The notes under the pieces were generated by a model. The model searched no databases and was not told the origin of the DNA. It saw only the letters and a list, made by a program, of their open reading frames with translations. Shown in pieces: positions 35,621 to 39,557 of a stretch of 39,557 bases of DNA. This stretch comes from Bdellovibrio sp. GTDB taxonomy: Bacteria > Bdellovibrionota > Bdellovibrionia > Bdellovibrionales > Bdellovibrionaceae. Within the stretch, counting starts at the first letter, position 1. Every line of letters starts with the position of its first letter. The position numbers and the translations under genes are program-made. The stretch covers positions 1-39,557 of the forward strand of contig JBKCUU010000032.1 in NCBI GenBank assembly GCA_046318155.1, in the 5' to 3' direction.

Positions 35621-37402
35621 ATGAGCAAAACGAAACATCCGTTTTTGGCAAAAGCCGCCACCGCCGCTTTGCTTGGAATTTTTTTGATGACTTCAATTCC
35701 AGTCCAAGCTCAAGGCTTGTTTGATCTTTTTCGCCGGCGAAACCAACCCCGCTATCAACCTCAACAGCCCACTTATGACTACAACAATCAGTCCGCTGGC
35801 GAGTATGGGACCTGGGAGCTGAAAAGAACAGAGTGGACTCAAGACGACGAAATTGGCTACTCGGAATTTGTTCAGGCGATTGGCCGCTCGGGCTGCACAA
35901 CGGTGGACTCGTGCATGCGCGATGAAGCCAACCCTTACAGATACTCTGATCCGCCCACAGAACAGTATAAGTTCTGGTCGGACTGCGCGGATTGGCCTTA
36001 TTTCTTGCGTTCTTACTATGCCTGGAAAAACGGACTTCCTTTTGTTTTCTCGGCCCGCATGGTGGCTCTTCCTTTAACTGAAGAACAAAAGCTTACGATT
36101 CTTGAGGGCAAACAAACAGAGCAAACGGATGTTCGTTATTCTTGGAACGGAAACATGGCCACCCACAAAATTCGTTTGCCAGATACTCGCACGGGAGTAA
36201 CGAATTTCTTTGCCATGCACAAAACGATTCAAGAGTCAGTTCACACGGCGACAATGCGTGTTGATCCCCGCACGGACTTTGGTGATCACTACACTCCCGC
36301 CATCATGCGCGGAGCGATTCGTCCCGGAACAACGGTTTATGATCCCTCAGGACATGTGGGTGTGGTCTATGACATCACCGCTGATGGACAAGTGATGGTT
36401 TTTGACGCTTTGATTGATCGTAAAAGTATTTCTCCTCGCCGGCCTTACTCGATTGATTTTTACAAACGCTCGAGAATCGAACACGGTGGCTGGTTTCAAA
36501 ACTTTAGACCCGTGGTCGTCGAAGGCGCCCGTTATGATTACTTTAAACGAACGTATTTTGGTGGAACCACTCGCCTGCTGACCAATGCCGAAATCGCAGA
36601 CTTCTCGCTCGAGATGTTTGGCAACACGGTGAACGCTGATGGTAAACTAGCTTATGTCTTAGGCGCTGGTAAAACGACGCCAATGTTTCAAGAGTTTTTG
36701 CGACGTCGAATGTTTAACGGTCAGTACAAAGTTGATGTGATTTCAGAATTCAAGATCCGCATGAAAGCCATTTGCGACGATTTTGGTTCGCGCGTCAGCC
36801 TTGTTCAAGACGGGACGATAAAAGGGATCGCGGGCAATCCTCACGCCGAGGTCTTACCCAACACCATTTATGGCGGAGCGGGGGACTGGGACATGTACTC
36901 CACACCAGGCGGAGACGTTCGTCGTCGCAACTCGGTGAACAGTGCCCTGAACTATGCCAAAGAACTCAAAACACAAATTGACCGCCGCAACCCTGACTTT
37001 GTCTACAAAGGTCAGAACTTAAAGGCCGACATCGTGAAGGCGGCGAGTGAAACACTCAAGTCTTGCTCGATCACGTACAACAACTCGGCTGGACGTCCCG
37101 TCAGACTGAATCTCGAGAACTTGCTTAAACGCATGCCTCACATGTCTTTTAGCCCGTGGCATTGCATCGAGCTTCGTTGGGGCGCGACCGGCAGCCAAGA
37201 GCTCGCGACTTGCGCAGACTTAAATGATTCGAACAAAATGCGCTGGTACGCGGCTCAGCAAACCCTACGAAACCACATGTCTCGTGACACAAACTTGTTC
37301 ACTGGCTACACGCTCGAGGAGTTGGAGCTAAAGGCGCCCGAGCTTGGACCTGCGCAGCCCGAAAACAACAACTTGCTCTTGCGCTTGCAGAACGAGCTTT
37401 AA
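35621..37402 (+). CDS. Large secreted protein with a putative NlpC/P60-like Cys-His-Asp catalytic set
   Basis: Signal peptide ending VQA, SDCADWPY, and IRPGTTVYDPSGHVGVVY...VMVFDA. GGAG RBS. Confidence 0.7.
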   Translation: MSKTKHPFLAKAATAALLGIFLMTSIPVQAQGLFDLFRRRNQPRYQPQQPTYDYNNQSAGEYGTWELKRTEWTQDDEIGYSEFVQAIGRSGCTTVDSCMRDEANPYRYSDPPTEQYKFWSDCADWPYFLRSYYAWKNGLPFVFSARMVALPLTEEQKLTILEGKQTEQTDVRYSWNGNMATHKIRLPDTRTGVTNFFAMHKTIQESVHTATMRVDPRTDFGDHYTPAIMRGAIRPGTTVYDPSGHVGVVYDITADGQVMVFDALIDRKSISPRRPYSIDFYKRSRIEHGGWFQNFRPVVVEGARYDYFKRTYFGGTTRLLTNAEIADFSLEMFGNTVNADGKLAYVLGAGKTTPMFQEFLRRRMFNGQYKVDVISEFKIRMKAICDDFGSRVSLVQDGTIKGIAGNPHAEVLPNTIYGGAGDWDMYSTPGGDVRRRNSVNSALNYAKELKTQIDRRNPDFVYKGQNLKADIVKAASETLKSCSITYNNSAGRPVRLNLENLLKRMPHMSFSPWHCIELRWGATGSQELATCADLNDSNKMRWYAAQQTLRNHMSRDTNLFTGYTLEELELKAPELGPAQPENNNLLLRLQNEL

Positions 37403-37425
37403 GAGTTGTTAGAAAAATCAATTCG

Positions 37426-37456
37426 AAAGCCCCGGTGATGAAGCCGGGGCTTTTTT
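37426..37456. terminator. Bidirectional intrinsic terminator
   Basis: AAAGCCCCGG-N8-CCGGGGCTTTTTT between convergent genes. Confidence 0.85.
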
Positions 37457-38717
37457 ATTTTCCCATCTTTGAGAGCAGATGAGACTTTGCAATCTGAAAG
37501 TCTCGCATGATTTCGAGACGCTTGTTTTTCATTCCGTACAGTTTCTCGGAGGCGCCTAAGACATCGGGTGAGTTTTTCACTCCGCGCAAATACTCGGATT
37601 GCGTCAGCTTGTTGTAGCGCCCAGCCCGTTCGATATTCTCGTCGGCATCATGCACTTGATCGTGCAAGGATTTGAGCTCTTCGAACTCGGCACTCAAGTG
37701 ATTCTCGACTTCTTGGCGCAAAAAATCTGATTTCAACCGCTGAGCTTGGGCTTCTTTTCGAAGGGCTGCGGACTCACGGCTGGCTTCAAAGCCCGCGGGC
37801 AAGGAGGCCGAGAGGCGAATTCCCACGACGGACTCTCTTCGGTCTTGAGCGTCTGGAAATTCTTCGATGCGCTGATTGAACTGATTGTAGCCGGCATAGG
37901 CGTCGAGTCGTGGCCACCACGCGCGGCCGGCCTCTGTCGCCATCAACTTCATTTGATCTGCCTGCAACTCATTTTCTTGCAGCAGAAACTCATGGTCTGC
38001 CGAGCGGTGCTTTATCAGCGCATCAAGATCATGATCATGGGTCCACTTTTCATTCAGCTGAAGCTCGGATTGAGCTGGCAAACCCAGGAGCAGAATCAGC
38101 AAGCGCGATTCACTTTTAAATTTAAGCTCGGCATCTTTCAGCTCACGTAAAAGATCGACTGTCTTCATTTCGAACTCGAAACGATCAGAATCTGTCGCCA
38201 CGCCGTTTTTAATGCGTCTCAAGGCCGAGGCCAGACTGCTTTTATTGACCTCGATCATCTCTCGCAGCAGCAGGATTTTGTCTCTCAGGTACAAGGCATT
38301 CCAATAAACCGGGCGCGCTTTGTCGAGCTCTTCGGCGAGGCCTCTTCGAATGGCGATTGCTTTTTTTTGAGAGTCTAGACTGCGAATGTCTTCGCGAAGT
38401 GAGTCTCGACCCCCGTTAAAGAGATTCATCTTGGCTTCGACGCCGTAAGCGGGCTGGGATTTTTGATCCCCTTGTCCTTTTTTAAAACTCTCTTGAGCCG
38501 TCGAGACTTCAATCGAAGGTAAAAAAGAACGCAGCAAAGCACCTTCGCGCTCCTGCGCGGCGTCGGCATCCAGTTTCAGCGCCGCCACTTTGGCATTTCG
38601 AGTTTCGAGCAGCTCCTTCAGCTTTGCAGAGGTCACTTCGACCGGAGAGGCTTGCACCACAGCAGGGACCATTCCCAGGATCAACAGGAGAGCAACTTTT
38701 TCTAACAGGGGTGTCAC
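37455..38717 (-). CDS. TolC family outer membrane efflux protein
   Basis: Signal peptide, two OEP-like repeats (FLPSIEV...NLFNGG and WWPRLDA...EYLRGVKNSPDVLGA), and position in an RND operon. Confidence 0.85.
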   Translation of the reverse strand: MTPLLEKVALLLILGMVPAVVQASPVEVTSAKLKELLETRNAKVAALKLDADAAQEREGALLRSFLPSIEVSTAQESFKKGQGDQKSQPAYGVEAKMNLFNGGRDSLREDIRSLDSQKKAIAIRRGLAEELDKARPVYWNALYLRDKILLLREMIEVNKSSLASALRRIKNGVATDSDRFEFEMKTVDLLRELKDAELKFKSESRLLILLLGLPAQSELQLNEKWTHDHDLDALIKHRSADHEFLLQENELQADQMKLMATEAGRAWWPRLDAYAGYNQFNQRIEEFPDAQDRRESVVGIRLSASLPAGFEASRESAALRKEAQAQRLKSDFLRQEVENHLSAEFEELKSLHDQVHDADENIERAGRYNKLTQSEYLRGVKNSPDVLGASEKLYGMKNKRLEIMRDFQIAKSHLLSKMGK

Positions 38718-38726
38718 GCCGGACTC

Positions 38727-39158
38727 CTATTTTTTGGGTTCAAGGTTGAACGTGAGCTTGTCGGCATGGGCCTGACGAGGGTCTTTGACGCTCAAGATGA
38801 GACTGTACCGGTGCGCACCCTTGGCATCGAAATTCGCCTCGAATCCTCCATCCATCGCTTTCAGTGCAAGATCTTCGGACTTTTTGGCGCGTGGAAGCTT
38901 TGTTTGTGCTGTCACCACCACTCCCTCGAGAGGCATCGCTTTGAGATCCTTGTCGTAGACATAAATCTTGATCTCGGTTTTTTTCGCGATCACTTCGATG
39001 TGCATGGCCTCAACTGACTTGATCATGCCGCCCTTGGGCGCTTGCACCATCGCGGGTGCATCGTGATCGTGACCTTCATGGGCCAAGACCTTCGGTGCCG
39101 ACAGCAAAATCATCAGAGTGAGTAAAACGCCAGATCGAGAGAAAATTTGTGTGTTCAT
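38727..39158 (-). CDS. Periplasmic His-rich putative metal-binding protein
   Basis: Signal peptide ending VLA followed by HEGHDHD and APKGG. ATG 39158 follows AAGGAG. Confidence 0.7.
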   Translation of the reverse strand: MNTQIFSRSGVLLTLMILLSAPKVLAHEGHDHDAPAMVQAPKGGMIKSVEAMHIEVIAKKTEIKIYVYDKDLKAMPLEGVVVTAQTKLPRAKKSEDLALKAMDGGFEANFDAKGAHRYSLILSVKDPRQAHADKLTFNLEPKK

Positions 39159-39196
39159 AAATACTCCTTGAGCTGCCATGTCTGGCAGCATTGTGT

Positions 39197-39557
39197 TTAA
39201 ATTTGTTCACCTTCGGGTTTTGGTTTCAGTGAGTTCTCAGCTGCTCGTCGGCCAAAACGATAAAATAGCGTCGGCGTGACCATTAAATCGAGCAAGGTCG
39301 AACTGATCAAGCCTCCGACGATCACGACCGCGACAGGGTGTAAAATCTCGCTGCCCGCTTGGCCCTTGGCAAAAACCAAAGGCATCAGTGCCAGCATCGT
39401 CACCATCGCTGTCATCAGAACTGGGACTAAACGCTCTTGGGAGCCTCTGATGACCATCGCTTTATCAAATTTTTCGCCCTCGAATTTCATCAGGTGCAAA
39501 TAGTGCGAGATCATCATGATCCCGTTGCGTGAAGCGACTCCGCAAAGAGTGATAAAG
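39197..39557 (-). CDS. CzcA/CusA heavy-metal RND permease (C-terminal part)
   Basis: FITLCGVASRNGIMMISHY...ERLVPVLMTA...GSEILHPVAVVIVGGLISSTLL. Confidence 0.9.
   Translation of the reverse strand, partial: FITLCGVASRNGIMMISHYLHLMKFEGEKFDKAMVIRGSQERLVPVLMTAMVTMLALMPLVFAKGQAGSEILHPVAVVIVGGLISSTLLDLMVTPTLFYRFGRRAAENSLKPKPEGEQI

Noticed and set aside
37455..39557. RND-TolC operon as a novel system
   Set aside because: It is an ordinary CzcA/CusA-type heavy-metal efflux arrangement with a His-rich accessory protein.

Overview
Chromosomal window from a Gram-negative bacterium, most likely a predatory Bdellovibrionota. This is inferred from the maf-yggS-proC-divIVA operon lying divergent to a tadC/DUF192/FHA-TPR operon next to exbB/exbD, an order I recall from Bdellovibrio bacteriovorus. 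Left to right it holds: exbD (partial) and exbB; a sulfatase-fold protein; a secreted hypothetical; a six-gene tadC-DUF192-3xFHA-PP2C-like operon; maf-yggS-proC-divIVA; an AT-richer islet of about 1.95 kb (alpha/beta hydrolase plus MarR) bounded by near-identical terminators; a LysR divergent from a secreted protein; an MFS pump; valS; YheT; a 2OG-Fe(II) oxygenase; trmO; a Crp/Fnr regulator; a BMP-type nucleoside ABC operon ending in an S1/P1 nuclease; three exported proteins (zincin, Gly-rich lipoprotein, cryptic NlpC/P60-like enzyme); and the end of a CzcA/CusA-TolC efflux operon. No rRNA, tRNA, CRISPR array, transposase or integrase was recognised. The most notable signals are the kinase-less FHA/Tad module with a pseudo-phosphatase, an in-frame UGA in yggS, the terminator-bounded islet with a phased operator array, the nuclease-plus-nucleoside-importer operon, and the Cys-His-Asp secreted enzyme. 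All family calls come from motif recognition by eye; no database searches were run.
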